Of a DNA stretch of 64,000 bases, positions 11,091 through 23,201 are shown piece by piece (positions within the stretch are counted from its first letter, which is position 1; every line of letters begins with the position of its first letter). The DNA lies in the NCBI GenBank assembly GCA_010405405.1, contig MU004232.1, positions 193,540-257,539 of the forward strand, given 5' to 3'. The notes beneath the pieces were generated by a model that worked only from the letters and a program-made list of their open reading frames with translations, was not told the origin of the DNA and made no database searches. The position numbers were made by a program, and so were the translations under genes. The DNA is from Microthyrium microscopicum. Its lineage: Eukaryota.

Positions 11091-13848
11091 CTAGAAATCT
11101 GTCTTCAACACGCCCTTGAGCGCCGCCTGATCCAGCTCCCACTTCTCAACCTTCATCTGGCTCGCCTGAATCTTACCAAGCAGCCATTTCACTCTAGACG
11201 TAATCTCATAAGGCTGTCTCGGTAGATCGCCCAGCACCTTCAGCTCTGTTTCGCAAGAAGAAATATTCGCGTTCTCAGCCTTGATGAGATCGGAGACGAT
11301 GAGCAAGTTGAGTCTACTGCTTAGCACCTTATCCTTTGTGAGGAGCTGGAATGCCGCATGATAGACTGGTTTGCCGGGGCGGATAGTCTGTGGACGACCA
11401 TTGGACGATGGAAGGATGGAGATGAGTTCAGCTTGTTCCAGTGCCTGCAGAACCTGGTCGGCACTGCCAGTATTTGACGATTTGAATACGTCGTCGAGGA
11501 TAAGTTCGTTGTATCGGAGCCCAGCTTTCTCGCTCGCAGCGAGCTGCTCAATCACAGTCCAGGCTTGCGTCGGGGTCCAGCGCCGTTGTCCGCTGGATGA
11601 TTCGTCTTGGTTATAGAGATACATTTTCAGAATCTCACTTGCACTCTGCCCGACGATCTCGCGAACAGCTTTGCGTGGTGTTTCGCCCATTTTGATTCGG
11701 CGAGCTAGGAATTCTAGGTCTGTCAAGCGACCACCGACAGTGTCGATGCATTCGTTCAGTTCAGTGAGATCTTTTCTTCTCTGCGAAGCTGTCAACTTAT
11801 GCTCTGGATTGTCGGGATCAACAGTATCTTCTTCGCCTGCGTCAATTTTGGACAGTACGAATCGTTTGGCGGCTTCGGGTGTTGAATCGCTTAAAGCTAA
11901 TTGTCGGAATACGCGATCAGGTAAAGCTTTGCTCAGAGATTTCGAGAAAGAAACATCATGAGTCAGGAAAACTACATGTGCAATGTTGGAAGTGGTGAGA
12001 GTTGCAGCCCTGAATAAAGTCAGTATCGCGCTTTCGTTCCTACATCATATTACTCACCATTCAGCAAGCTTATCGTATACAAGAGTGCCTTCCTGACTCT
12101 TGTGCAAAAAGTTATCCACGACAACAACGACGCGTTTCTCCGGGTGAGCCTCTAGCCACTCGTCGTCAGACAACTCATGATCCCCGTCCTTCTTGCTGCG
12201 ACACTCCAAGGCAATCTGTTTGAGTGCCGAAGCTGTGTTGTTAAAGATTTTCTGAACCTGGGCTTCCAGCGTCTCAGAGAATCCAGTCTTTACTCCAGTT
12301 GCACCTTGCGCAGCTAAATCAAGCCAGCCACTGACAGTATTCATGAATGAAAAGACTGGTCGGAAACCAACTTGTGCTGCTGCCGCTCGGATGGTAGCGC
12401 CTTCGCCGCGTGCTTCTTGTATGGGTTTGCAGTCAATAATGAGCTTGTACTTTCGCTTCTTCAAGGCCTCATTGACGAGCTCTTTCTTTCCTGAACCTCG
12501 AGCTCCTTGGACAATGATAAAAGTATCAGCTGTCTCAGAGAACCAAGACTGCAATTGATTGATACTTGGTCGTCGGTCGTCCCAGATGACGTCCATAGAC
12601 ATGTCGTGTTCTCGGTGATTCATGAAACTGAGAACGTCACTTGCTTGGCTTCTAAACCATCTCCAAATCCTACTATCAGCCAAGCTGAACGTATGCTTGA
12701 TATGAAGCTTGATGAAGAAAGTTCGAATGCTAAGAAAGTTAGCTCAATGACCATCAACGAACACAATCCTACTTACGGATCAAAAACAGCTACTGTTAAA
12801 CCAGCAAGTAGAGCAGCCACGATGGGAATGACAATTCGCGGATGACCAAACAGCCATTCCTTGACCCAACTTGGTTTGACCTTTCTCTCGTATGCGATCT
12901 TGAGCAATGTACCAGCCTTTCCGCCTCCATGTGATTCCGGTACTATCATACCATGCAGACAGTTCTTGGCCATAGCAGCTCTCCGTACCGTCGCAAAGTC
13001 CAGTAATGCATACTTTGGAAGAACTTTTGAATCAAACGGCTGAGGAACAATATCAACGAGCTTCCCATACGGTCTAAAGTACTCGTATAATTGCTCTTGA
13101 TTCAACTCCACTGCACTCCCCGCAGAATCGCCCGGCAGAAATTCGACCTTTATTCTCGGACTAGGCATCCGATATAGATCTTCAACCCAAGGTTTTCCAT
13201 GAACTAAGCGCGCTCGTATACGCTGGAGCGGACTCCACCAGGGTTTTATAGAAGCATCTCTCAAATATTTCTTCAAGGATTCTTCCACATCCAGCGGCGT
13301 CGCATTATCTGGTATTGTGAATCGAACATATGCACCTCCCTCTTTGACTCGGGGGACTACTTCTGTGATTTCGGCGGATGGTTTGGCCTCTTTGAAGTGT
13401 TCTTTTATGATGTTTCGAGGGTTGGTACGTGCGATTGATGGCGAATTGAACTTTTCGATTAACGTTGGGAGGTCATTATCGGAATGCCATGGTAACCTAA
13501 ATAACCAGGCCAGGCGAAGAGGATAAACATCTAGTTTGGGCGTCAGGAAGGAGCGAAACAACAGGATTCTATGATCATACTATCGAAGTAGAAGAGCGCC
13601 TTGTCTGGTCCATCCTCGAGGTGACCCGTCTTATCATCTCCAGCCTCTAGCACAGATTGGCGTTTGACCGAAGTCGATAAAGCATTGGAATGGCCTAAAT
13701 ACTGCCTACCCAGAAGTTAGATCCTATACCATAGTCGTCCCGTGGAGTTGGTCAGAACTTACGATCGTAACAGGGGCCTATGGCATGCTGTACCAAGCGG
13801 TCTGGCGGTACAGAGCCGCGCTGTTCGATAAGTGAATGGGCGAAACAT
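11091..13848 (-). CDS. yme2: Mitochondrial escape protein 2 (RRM plus RNA12 domain)
   Basis: Exons split by introns 13706-13762, 13531-13580, 12730-12776 and 12010-12057. Arg-rich presequence MFRPFTYRTARL...; motifs PRVKEGGAYVRF, HGKPWVEDL, FRPYGKL, GARGSGKKEL, GGRLTDLEFLARRIK. Confidence 0.93.
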
Positions 13849-13975
13849 CGCTCAAAAGTGTAAACTACTCTAGCACCGCTTCGTTTTTGACATTTTGCCC
13901 ATGTTGACTTAGACGTCTGAGCTTGCTCAAGCCTCATGGACGCGATGCAACTTTTCCTGCTTGAGTCTAGATCAA

Positions 13976-13987
13976 TGACGTCACGTG
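13976..13987. promoter_or_regulatory. Overlapping CRE/ATF (TGACGTCA) and E-box (CACGTG) upstream of YME2
   Basis: Sequence TGACGTCACGTG about 130 bp upstream of the YME2 ATG; motif match only. Confidence 0.35.
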
Positions 13988-14251
13988 CGTTTTTCCTGTT
14001 TACAAACGAGCACGTTGAGATGTTAACAAATGATAGCGACGATCACATCAAGAGGCTACGATCATAAAAATGTCCATCGTACACCATACACCTTGTTTTC
14101 TATAGAGCGAAGAGGTATACCGAATGCTCTCATAATGTGATTCGACGATGTATAACCAAACCAAACCTTCACGAGGCGCGTTGATATCGACCACCCCATT
14201 CAATATTCAAGCCAGATTCAACGTCGAATTGACCGTTGTAACATTTTAGGG

Positions 14252-15849
14252 TTATAACTTCGATCCCCCAAGTCGCGATGGCTCCAGATATATCTCCTGC
14301 TCCACAACTCGCGAATTCACATGGTGTCGTCCCAGCTGCTCAACCTTCTCAACTCCCAGCAACCGCAAAGTCGTCTTCATCTCCCTCCTCAATATCGATA
14401 ATACCTTCTCCACGCCCTCCGGTCCGCCCGCTCCCAGTCCCCAGAGCGGCGAGCGTCCAAGTCCCACCGCCTTCGCTCCAAGACATAAAGCCTTCACTAC
14501 ATCCGTTCCTCGCTTGATGCCACCATCAACCCATATCTCCAATCTGTCGAACACTTGCGGGCAGTGATGTCGTATTTCGAGCAACGTGTGTATCGCAGGT
14601 GGAGCAGTATCCAAAGAGCGTCCACCATGATTCGATAAGATGATAGCTTTGATCTGGGGATGCTGGCTAGCCATCAACGCGTCTTCGTGCGTCTGTATGC
14701 CTTTCAGTACCAGCGGCAGATCACTGTGCTCCTCTAGCCACGGAAGAGTCGTCATCCATGTGAGATCCATTGCTATACCCGCAAAGAGTGCTTTGGCGAC
14801 ACCTCCAGATTTATCATCCGTCGCCGCCTGGGGATCGTATGGTTTGGCTTTCTCTATCTTCTTCTGCGGTGCGCCCTCCAAGTATCGGCGCTCATCGTGC
14901 TCTCGCTTACCTGGCACGGCCGCATCAAGAGTCAGGCATATGAACTTGATCTGCGGAAGCTTCTTGATGCGCGCGAGTAGTTCCACACTCCGTGCTCTGT
15001 CTTCTTGCACGTAGAGCTGGAATCCAAATTCCGTTTCTGGAGACGCTTCCACGATCTGCTCCGGCGTCAAACTAGCATTATTGGAGATAATTTGTAGTGC
15101 GCCTGCTTTGTGACAAGCTTGAGCCATGCCTCCTTCTCCTGATGGATGAACCAATCGAGCTTGCGCCGCTGGGGAGACATAGAATGGTAAACGAAGCTTC
15201 AATTGACCTTGCAGAAGTGTAGTGTCCAAAGAGCATTTGACAATGTCGACGAAAACTCGCGGGCGGAAGAGAATCTTTTGGTACACGAGGTTGTTGTATG
15301 CTTTGGATATCAGATCATCGCCGGCTCCGTAGTAGTATGACCACGCTCGTTTACTGATTTTGCTTGTTGCAAGATATTCGATGTCGTTCAGATTTAGACA
15401 TTGTTCTAGATTTGAGGGTATTTTATAAGGCTCTTGCTTCAAGCTGGATCAGTAGCTGTCTTCAAGATCCCATGGGCTGGATGACCTTACCGAGTACAGA
15501 ACCTTAGATTCATTCTTTGCAACTTGATGCTGAGCAGAGTCTTCGGTTTTCACAGGTGATTCTCGAAACTTGCCGAGCAAGCATTCTTCCGGTAGATGTT
15601 CTTCCAAAGTTCCAGGCGGGTGGATAGGATCATATTCCTCAGTCGCATCGGTTCCAGCTACGCGTAGAATTGCCTCTGGTCCTCCTGGATGCGAAGGTGC
15701 AAATGCGGTGACATCGTATACTTTGCCGTACAACACAATCCAGCAACTGTCTGCGCTGCTGTGGCTAGACACTGAGTTGTATTAGAACAACGATCTAGTG
15801 AATACGCGATGAAAGACTCACCTTCTTGGAGAGTAATTTCCTTAGCCAT
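14252..15849 (-). CDS. cyb2: Flavocytochrome b2-type L-2-hydroxy-acid (L-lactate-like) dehydrogenase with C-terminal PTS1 (SKL)
   Basis: Cytochrome b5 domain ([13 protein letters not shown]...HPGG...DPIHP) fused to an FMN-dependent domain ([38 protein letters not shown]). Introns 15772-15821 and about 15437-15490 (AAG acceptor). The protein ends GGSKL*. Confidence 0.92.
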
Positions 15850-16087
15850 AACGCCAAGTTATTCACGCTCTTATCTTGATATCTCCATGAAAAAAACTAA
15901 AGCATCAATGGGGAAGAAATGAAGTTGTCATAAACATCGATCCGCCCAACCCCGCCACCCTTCCAATGGCCGCGGGTCATTTGCTCAGACATAAAGTCAA
16001 ATCCATGTTATTACCGAGCGATACCGTCCCAAATTCAAGACAGTATGGGACACATTTTATGGATCAGTACTTATAAGGCTGAAGCTA

Positions 16088-16145
16088 GGAAATTCGCCGT
16101 TCTATAAGTCCCAAATAAGCCGGAAATTTTGCCGGAAATCCGGCG
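16088..16145. promoter_or_regulatory. Cluster of GGAAAT/CCGG motifs in the divergent cyb2/F-box promoter
   Basis: GGAAATTCGCCG at 16088 and GCCGGAAATTTTGCCGGAAATCCGGCG at 16119-16145. CGG triplets are typical of Zn2Cys6 sites. Confidence 0.3.
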
Positions 16146-16512
16146 ACATCGACAAGATGGAACCAATTTTATAGCCAATTGCAGGCGGACGGATCTAGAC
16201 GTAGCGAACGAAGTGAAACTTATGCTCTGGATTTAAATAACAAGGACGTTATCTCCGCCTTGTATATGCTATCAGATTGTAATGTAGGGTAATCGCGTGC
16301 CTGCATTTATGTCCACTTGACATACCCCTCCTGAACTCATCCTGAGGAAAGCTACGGGAACTTAGGCCTCGGACCCATTGCTCGATGATTCATATATCAC
16401 GCTACCATCAACAACTCTAACATATCTACTAACAACCTTTTGTTTAGTACATAAGTCCATTCGTGGAACAGCAAAACTGGCCGAGGAACTTGGTAGGCAT
16501 AGCCTGAACGAG

Positions 16513-18563
16513 ATGGCGACACTCCTAGGCCAATGTCACGAAGTATTGCATGAGATCTTGAGTAACGTCCTACCGGGCGACTTGAGTAACCTTTCTCTTT
16601 CTTGCAAATCCTTCCATACATATATCGATGGTAACTGGCTGTTATGGCGAGATGTATATTTGAAGAACTTCGACAATCCTCTCATCGCATCACAGAGCGA
16701 TAAGATAGACTGGGAGGACCAACTGAAGCGAATCACTACACTCGAGAAGCTGTTGAAGGCGGAAGATAAGAGCATTGGAGATACAGAGCTTCAAGCATGT
16801 TGCGAGACGATATCGCAACTTGCAATCACTGCGTCATTGCAATATGAAAGCTCTAACAATGTCAAATTCCTCGAGTCTCAGCTGAGCCAAAAAGACAATA
16901 AGAACCTCTTCATATTAGCGTCGAATTTATTCGATGTAGCTCGAGAGCAAAAATCAACAAAGTCACAAGCTCTTTCCAATGCTCTGGCCAAAGTCCATTG
17001 CCTGTACGGTACTGGTGCTGATCAGTTAAGGTCTACAGGACCTCATATCAATAAAGACGCCCCTCCAGTCCGGGCCCACCCATACGCTCGATCAAGAGTA
17101 TATGATCTGCGGCTATACACTGAGGAGACAAAATGGGGTCCCTGGTCAGACGACGGCAGCATGGCCGTGGACTGGGAGAAAGTCGAATGCATCATGATCG
17201 ATCTAGCTTTCAACTTCCAATACATCACCGATCGTACGCACGCACTCATGGACGTTCCATGGCGAGTTCCATTCAAAGGCGCTCAAGCTGGTAGCTACGT
17301 CGATACGCTGCGCGAGGAAGCTCCCCAGCTGCAATCTTCCTCGCAAGATTCGCAAAATGATGGTCTCTCTGTTCTCCTGGGTCAGCCTGATCCATCACTG
17401 GACGCATTGGACCCTTATGGAGTGACTGGCAACTGGCAACGAATTGTCTGCTTTTTGGACTACTCGGACTTCTACTACTTCAACTTCTCCTCTGTACCGC
17501 CTTTAACGCAGCGACGTCCAGCAAACTATTTCCAGGAAGCTATTCGGTTGATTCTTATGCGACTGCACGTCACCAAGATTGAGAAACAAGGAGCCGGAGA
17601 CATGCCAATTGTGCATTTCAAGGGCACCAGTCGTAGCATGCATCAAGGCTGGGATCCAACCAGCACCTCTGCCATAAAAGGTAAGATATCCGCTGTAATC
17701 CGGCAACCACTGTCTGGGAAGGAAACTTTATGGTCGTGCTGATAAATGCTGATTTGCCTATTGTAATAACAGGAACTGTTCAACTTACTCCAGAGAAGGA
17801 AGTCCGCTGGAGCACAATCTCAACATTCCAAGGCGAAGCACGCTGGCGATCCGAAGGTGTCCAAGTCGGAGGAATTCGCTCTGGCCGTGGGGTATTTGGC
17901 AACTGGTTTGAAAAGTATGTACCGTCCAAACTTTCCCATTCATCTGATGTTCTTGATGATTGATATGTGAGATAGGGACCACGATGAGAATGGCCCAGCC
18001 GGCCCAACAGCCATGTGGAAAATAACCGACCAAATTGACAGTAAGTCCTCATCATTATTCCATACACGCGTTCCCGGTGAATTAGACAACTCGAGTACTT
18101 TTATCGACGAGCTGAATCTCTCCTGCTTGCTGCGTTTTTGTTTGAACGTAATTGCCTTGCAGCGTTATGGAATGCTTTTTATCGATAGAAATTGTACTGA
18201 TTTGTCTAATTCGCCTGTTGAATAGTTCCAGAAGAAATTGTGCTCGCTCGGTCCTGTCTTATTGTCCGCCCGCGTTGAGAATTGGAGCCTTGATTCACGG
18301 GCATTAATATACGGGCGTTGATTCATTGTCCAGAAAACAATTCCTTGACTTGGAGACGTTGTCCCCATGGAGGCATCCAATTGGCATCAGAAGGCGTGGA
18401 AATCGCGATGCCGGATCTTCAGTCAGATCCCAACGAGACGAGCGACGATGAGTGGGAGGAGGTTAGCGAGTCGGAGGAAGTCATTGAGGAAGAGCCGGAG
18501 GAGGAGTCGACACATTCGTCGTCCGACATTGAGAGCAAGGCGTCAGGATCTGGTACTAGCTAG
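16513..18563 (+). CDS. F-box domain protein (conserved fungal family)
   Basis: N-terminal F-box-like LLGQCHEVLHEILSNV...LSLSCKSF...LLWRDVYLKNFD; family blocks ARSRVYDLRLY...WGPW, DPYGVTGNWQRIVCFLDY, GEARWRSEGVQVGG, GPAGPTAMWK. Introns 17681-17772, 17915-17975 and from 18041. The last exon is ambiguous (acceptor 18225 or 18333). Confidence 0.78.
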
Positions 18564-18806
18564 AGAGTGTTGTAGAGCGGTGTCTAGTTAGCGTTTAAGC
18601 GTACGGCCTCTTGTCTTTGAAGTACAGACCTATGACATTGTTAAGGTTGCAAAGCTAGTCTTACCATGAATGAGAAGAGCATAATGAACAAAATGAAGAT
18701 CTTGGATTGAATCTTGCAATGACTAACAAGAAAACTGCTGTACAAGTGCGGCACCACTGCCATTCAGGGTTCTATACACCCATCTTTTCAAGCGCTCCAA
18801 AGATTT

Positions 18807-19521
18807 TTATTCATCGTCCTCCATCTCTTCAAGAGGTATTCCTGACGGTTTGCTTTGAACCATACCAGGTCCTTTGTATCCAGCGGAAGAAATACCGGTA
18901 ATAGGCTCAATGTTCTCGGACTGTTGGTAGTTCTGTTAGTACAAAGCACGTGTCGGATGATATCATGATGACTGACCTTCATGTATTCGTTGGAGGCTTC
19001 TTGCCATTCTTGAGTCATTGTCTTTGGTGCAGGGCCAGCGAAATGTCTTATCGTGCCAAATATAACACCAGAGACGGCGAGAACAGCACCAATACCAAAG
19101 AGAACCCTCTTTCCTTCGCCTGCAGGTGCTTCCGCGCGTGGGCCGTGTGGGCCAAAAGCGATATAATAAGCTGTACGACCACCCTGATTAGCTCCAAATC
19201 CTTCAAGTAAACAACGTTCCAGCATCAAACAGCATTTGACGCAATTCCATTGTGCCAATTGAGGTACCGAGGTGTCCAATACATACCAGCTTTCTTCTCC
19301 TGAGGAGTCAATTCATGCCAATTGGTCTTCATGCGATCTCTCAGGGCCATCCACATATCCGCCTGTTCCTGTGGTGGCATATCCTCCCATCGTGCCTCGA
19401 TGTTGGACAGTGTTGGGTTCGATATCGCTGTTGATGCAAGTCGGGCGTGGACAATGGGCAGCCGTGCGACGGGCGCGAGTCTGGCGGAGCCTCCTGCTCG
19501 AAGGAGGCCGGTCCGCAGCAT
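18807..19521 (-). CDS. cox5: Cytochrome c oxidase subunit V (COX4/5 family)
   Basis: Presequence followed by ISNPTLSNIEARWE...WHELTPQEKKAAYYIAFGPHGPR, a TM segment and TMTQEWQEASNEYMK.ENIEPITGISS. Introns 19171-19286 and 18921-18976. A CCAAT box lies on the coding strand at 19634-19638. Confidence 0.95.
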
Positions 19522-19924
19522 ATTTTGACAGTGGTTGGAGTGGAGAGGAGATGGACTGAGTTGAGGTCGCTCGGCTTGAGCTCGCGGGAGAAGGATGGCG
19601 GAGGTAATTGAGCTGGTGCAAGTGTGTAAAAGAATTGGTACGATTGTGAGGTTTGACGTCTGGCATCGTTGTGAGCTCGGGCCAGGGTAAGGAGCCGAAG
19701 ACTCGGCATGCCTTAGTCAGCTTCATTTTCTTCTTTCTTCCTGACTTCATCTTTTGATTCTTCTTCAAACTTTTTATTCAACTATCTAAATTTCATGGTT
19801 GCGATTGCTATACCCCCAAGATGTTGAGCCTATTTTTACGACGACATAATCCTGCTTCAATGTTGGGTATCGACAACGCGCAGCACGATCTCCCTATGAC
19901 CCCTTTCAACTGTTTCCTCCATTG

Positions 19925-21922
19925 TCAGAGTGAATACTGAATCCAGTCATAATTGGTGTCTAAATCCATGATACTTGACCAATCACCACAAAGCTCTGAA
20001 TCGAAGTTGGAATAGGACGAAAAGTCGTAGGTTGGAGCGGTTAACCCGAACTCGATACTATTCGCAACGGGCTTGTTTGCTGTATCTATGTCTACAACTG
20101 TTGTAGAACCTGGTTCCGGTGCTTTTGGGGAGCGCATCGCGCAGTTGATACGAATCCTTCCAAAGTACGGAATAACACAGTCATAATGCTCCGGTCCATC
20201 ATATGTGCCTCGATGCGCGGTTCTTAGAAGCTGCAGTGTAGCAGCTCCTTGTGCTGCAATTGTACAGTCCATCAAGTCAGAAGTACGTTGCAATGCAGTC
20301 GTGAGCGTAACAACGTATCTCCACTCTTCAATCTCTTCATGCGCATTACGTCGAGTTGGTTGCGAAAGAAGATCGAGGATGATGGTCATACCAGCAGAAA
20401 ATGCCATGAAATCAATCATCTCGCATAGTAAGCATTCTGTCCTGGCATCGGTTCTTAGTGTCTGGTAATTCGCTATCATGTCTCTGCAGGATTCAAGAGT
20501 TGAGATACGGCTATGCTCGTATTTTCTGTCTGAGACTGAGAGGAGCATGTAAGGCAAATGGCAGAGCTGAGAGACCATAAAGTATTGCAATTGGACTGCT
20601 TGTCGATAATACATCCCTACAAGAGTCAACTTCGGGTCTGGAGTTGGATCCTGCCAGTTTTGGGGAAACATCTTTGCACATTGCTCCAGATCCTGGTCTA
20701 TCTGAACTGTGGCCGAGTATGGTATAGTAGAGAAAGTCTGATCTCGCTCAGTGATAGCTCCTGCGATGGCACAGATTCTTCTCATAATTTCTGCTGCATG
20801 AGGCTCGTCTGCGTATCGTGAAGGAAGTACGTTTGGCATCGCACTGGGAACACCGAGTACCACTGACAGAAGCTTATCCCCCTGCCAAACCTGACACCAT
20901 AAATGTGGTCGTCTTCTATCGCTGGCATCGTCTAGGCGATTCAGCCTGAGTAGCAACGAGACACTGACGGCATGACGACTGGCGAGCCATGCCTTGCGTG
21001 GCATTCCTAGGTTGAGATATAGCTTATTTTGAAGCATCAGACATTCTACGGTATCTATCGTTTCTCCCGAATCAGCAGCCGAAGACAGTAATGTTCTTGA
21101 GACTTGTATGAAATTGTCCACTAAGGCTGTTGGCGAGGCTCGCAATTCCTTATGGCGAAGGGGTGATGATTTGGGAAGTTGTTGGATGCAAAGAGCAAGC
21201 CAAAGAACTGCTTTGGCTACCACGGTTGGTTTCGTTGATCTGATATCATGTGAGATGTAATCCACAGCAAGAGAAATCTTTCCGGGCAGGAGTTGCTGAG
21301 CTCCTTCTGGACCCGTATGACAAGGAGGCCATAGTGGCCAGTATTCTTCAGTGACTTCAAAGATTGTATGCAAATCGTCATACTCTGGTATTAAGGGCCT
21401 TACGCTGCGCAACACAGCACTCGTTTTATCATTCAGTGAACAAATGGTTGATAGATCTTGGGTTCGGTCTTTGTTGCTGTCGACTATCGTAGTCCCCTGA
21501 AAGAGCCGAACTAACGGCGCATCTGGAAAGCTGTTCGTCTCGTCCGAGATCTCCGATGGGGTATAAACAGGCTCCGAGGAGGTGCGACTTGGTCCAGTTG
21601 TCCAGCTACTAGCAGGAGTATCTGGGTTTGGGTTATTCCGCTGATCCGCTGACTGAGCTGCTGATTGCATGGCTCTGACAATGCTCTCCAGCTCTTCTAC
21701 TCTTTGCTGCAACTTTGTTTCATCGTTCCTATGACTCCTTTTCTTCGCACGAGATTCTGGTTGCTGAGGCCTGCATTGTACATCGTGCAAGCCACATTCT
21801 CGGCAAATATCACTGTTCTCCGAGAATATACAGCGTACTTTGCGTCTGCGACATTCAGCGCAGCTTCTTGTCCCCAGACGCATACGTTGGGGATGGCTGG
21901 AAGGTTCAAGGCCCTCTGTCAT
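19925..21922 (-). CDS. Zn(II)2Cys6 fungal transcription factor
   Basis: CAECRRRKVRC...CRECGLHDVQC binuclear cluster, a coiled coil, and a middle homology region (GMPRKAWL...LLLRL...LWCQVWQGDKLLSVVLGVP). Single long ORF. Confidence 0.92.
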   Translation of the reverse strand: MTEGLEPSSHPQRMRLGTRSCAECRRRKVRCIFSENSDICRECGLHDVQCRPQQPESRAKKRSHRNDETKLQQRVEELESIVRAMQSAAQSADQRNNPNPDTPASSWTTGPSRTSSEPVYTPSEISDETNSFPDAPLVRLFQGTTIVDSNKDRTQDLSTICSLNDKTSAVLRSVRPLIPEYDDLHTIFEVTEEYWPLWPPCHTGPEGAQQLLPGKISLAVDYISHDIRSTKPTVVAKAVLWLALCIQQLPKSSPLRHKELRASPTALVDNFIQVSRTLLSSAADSGETIDTVECLMLQNKLYLNLGMPRKAWLASRHAVSVSLLLRLNRLDDASDRRRPHLWCQVWQGDKLLSVVLGVPSAMPNVLPSRYADEPHAAEIMRRICAIAGAITERDQTFSTIPYSATVQIDQDLEQCAKMFPQNWQDPTPDPKLTLVGMYYRQAVQLQYFMVSQLCHLPYMLLSVSDRKYEHSRISTLESCRDMIANYQTLRTDARTECLLCEMIDFMAFSAGMTIILDLLSQPTRRNAHEEIEEWRYVVTLTTALQRTSDLMDCTIAAQGAATLQLLRTAHRGTYDGPEHYDCVIPYFGRIRINCAMRSPKAPEPGSTTVVDIDTANKPVANSIEFGLTAPTYDFSSYSNFDSELCGDWSSIMDLDTNYDWIQYSL

Positions 21923-22556
21923 TGCTGATAGCGTGTAGAATAGAGTACAGTGGGGCTAGATCCGGCTTGTGGAGTAAAACAGAGAGGCGTATTGCAATTT
22001 AAAGGAAAAGGGCCAATTCCACCATGATAGATGCCTTTCCACTTGGTTTGGTTCTTGTCGATTGGCCTATGGTCATCGCATCGGATGAGAGGTTGGCGTG
22101 ATCAACTCGAACTCAGACTTGTGTGCATCAAAAGATGACGGTCAGGAACATGAGTACCGAATACAGCTGACCACACAACTCCGATCACAAATATTCGTCT
22201 TTTCTGAAATTTCTCAGCGTTCAACTTGCTGCATGAGGTTTGAAGTTAAACTGCTAAAACAGGGTTAGATCTTGCAAAAGACGTTGTCGGATGAGCTCGC
22301 ACGAAGCCATCGAGATGCCTCGGAGGAGTTCGCACCAAATCGTTCGAACTCGCATCTGCTATCCAGGCTCCAAAGAACGCAATTGATGCAATATTCGGTT
22401 TCATTATTTCCCATACTCCGAGCCTAAAGCCAGGGACAGCAAAGATGTTGAAATATAAAGGAGCAGACACTTTCGCTCTAACCTTCAGATCTCCAGACTA
22501 TACTCATCGCAGCCTCTCCAACTTCATATAGACTTCTAAATCTCACAGTTACGATC

Positions 22557-23201
22557 ATGTCTCTTACAACACAACTCTCAAATGTTCTCGAGAATTTCAA
22601 GAAGAACGCGCCTGAAGATACAAAACAAGCCATATTCACCGCAAACTGCGACTTCAAATCAAACTTCAAGCCAGCCTCGACCATCCAAGTTGGCACCAAG
22701 ATTCCCGACTTCAGCTTACCAAATGCCACCGGGGGAGTCACAAGTAGTGCAGACCTACTGCAACAAGGTCCCATGCTAATCTCATTTTACCGCGGAGAAT
22801 GGTGTCCATTCTGCAACCTCGAACTCCAAGCACTACAACGCCATGTCGATGAGTTCAAAGCCAAAGGCGTGAATCTAGTCGCCATCTCACCAGAACTACC
22901 AGATCAATCGCTCACCACCGTGGAAAAGCATGCTCTCAAGTTCCCAGTTCTCTCGGATGTTGGCAACAAGTTTGCCAGGCAGTTGGGCATTGTGTGGGCA
23001 ATGCCTGATTCTTTACGCCCGATATTCGAAAAGTTTGGACATGGTTTGGTGACTCGCAATGGAGACGATTCTTTCGAGGTGCCGGTCCCTGCTACATTGT
23101 TGATTGACCAGAATGGTGTGGTGAGAAATGTATTTCTGAATCCAGATTATAGCAAGAGACTGGAACCTGAAGAAGCGTTGGCGTGGATTGATGCTCTGTA
23201 A
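22557..23201 (+). CDS. Peroxiredoxin-like AhpC/TSA redoxin (CxxC type)
   Basis: Intronless; PDFSLPNATG, FYRGEWCPFCNLEL, VAISPELPD, FPVLSDVGN, PVPATLLIDQNG, PDYSKRLEP. Confidence 0.92.
   Translation: MSLTTQLSNVLENFKKNAPEDTKQAIFTANCDFKSNFKPASTIQVGTKIPDFSLPNATGGVTSSADLLQQGPMLISFYRGEWCPFCNLELQALQRHVDEFKAKGVNLVAISPELPDQSLTTVEKHALKFPVLSDVGNKFARQLGIVWAMPDSLRPIFEKFGHGLVTRNGDDSFEVPVPATLLIDQNGVVRNVFLNPDYSKRLEPEEALAWIDAL

Noticed and set aside
14246..14254. TTAGGGTTA, a telomere-repeat or telomerase-template-like 9-mer
   Set aside because: Only 1.5 repeats, overlapping the cyb2 stop codon, with no array or RNA structure; expected by chance.
18230..18330. Possible intronic TPP riboswitch or snoRNA in the long F-box intron
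   Set aside because: Lacks the CTGAGA...ATACC...GAxCTGAT...TAAT consensus and clear C/D boxes; the host gene is not thiamine-related.
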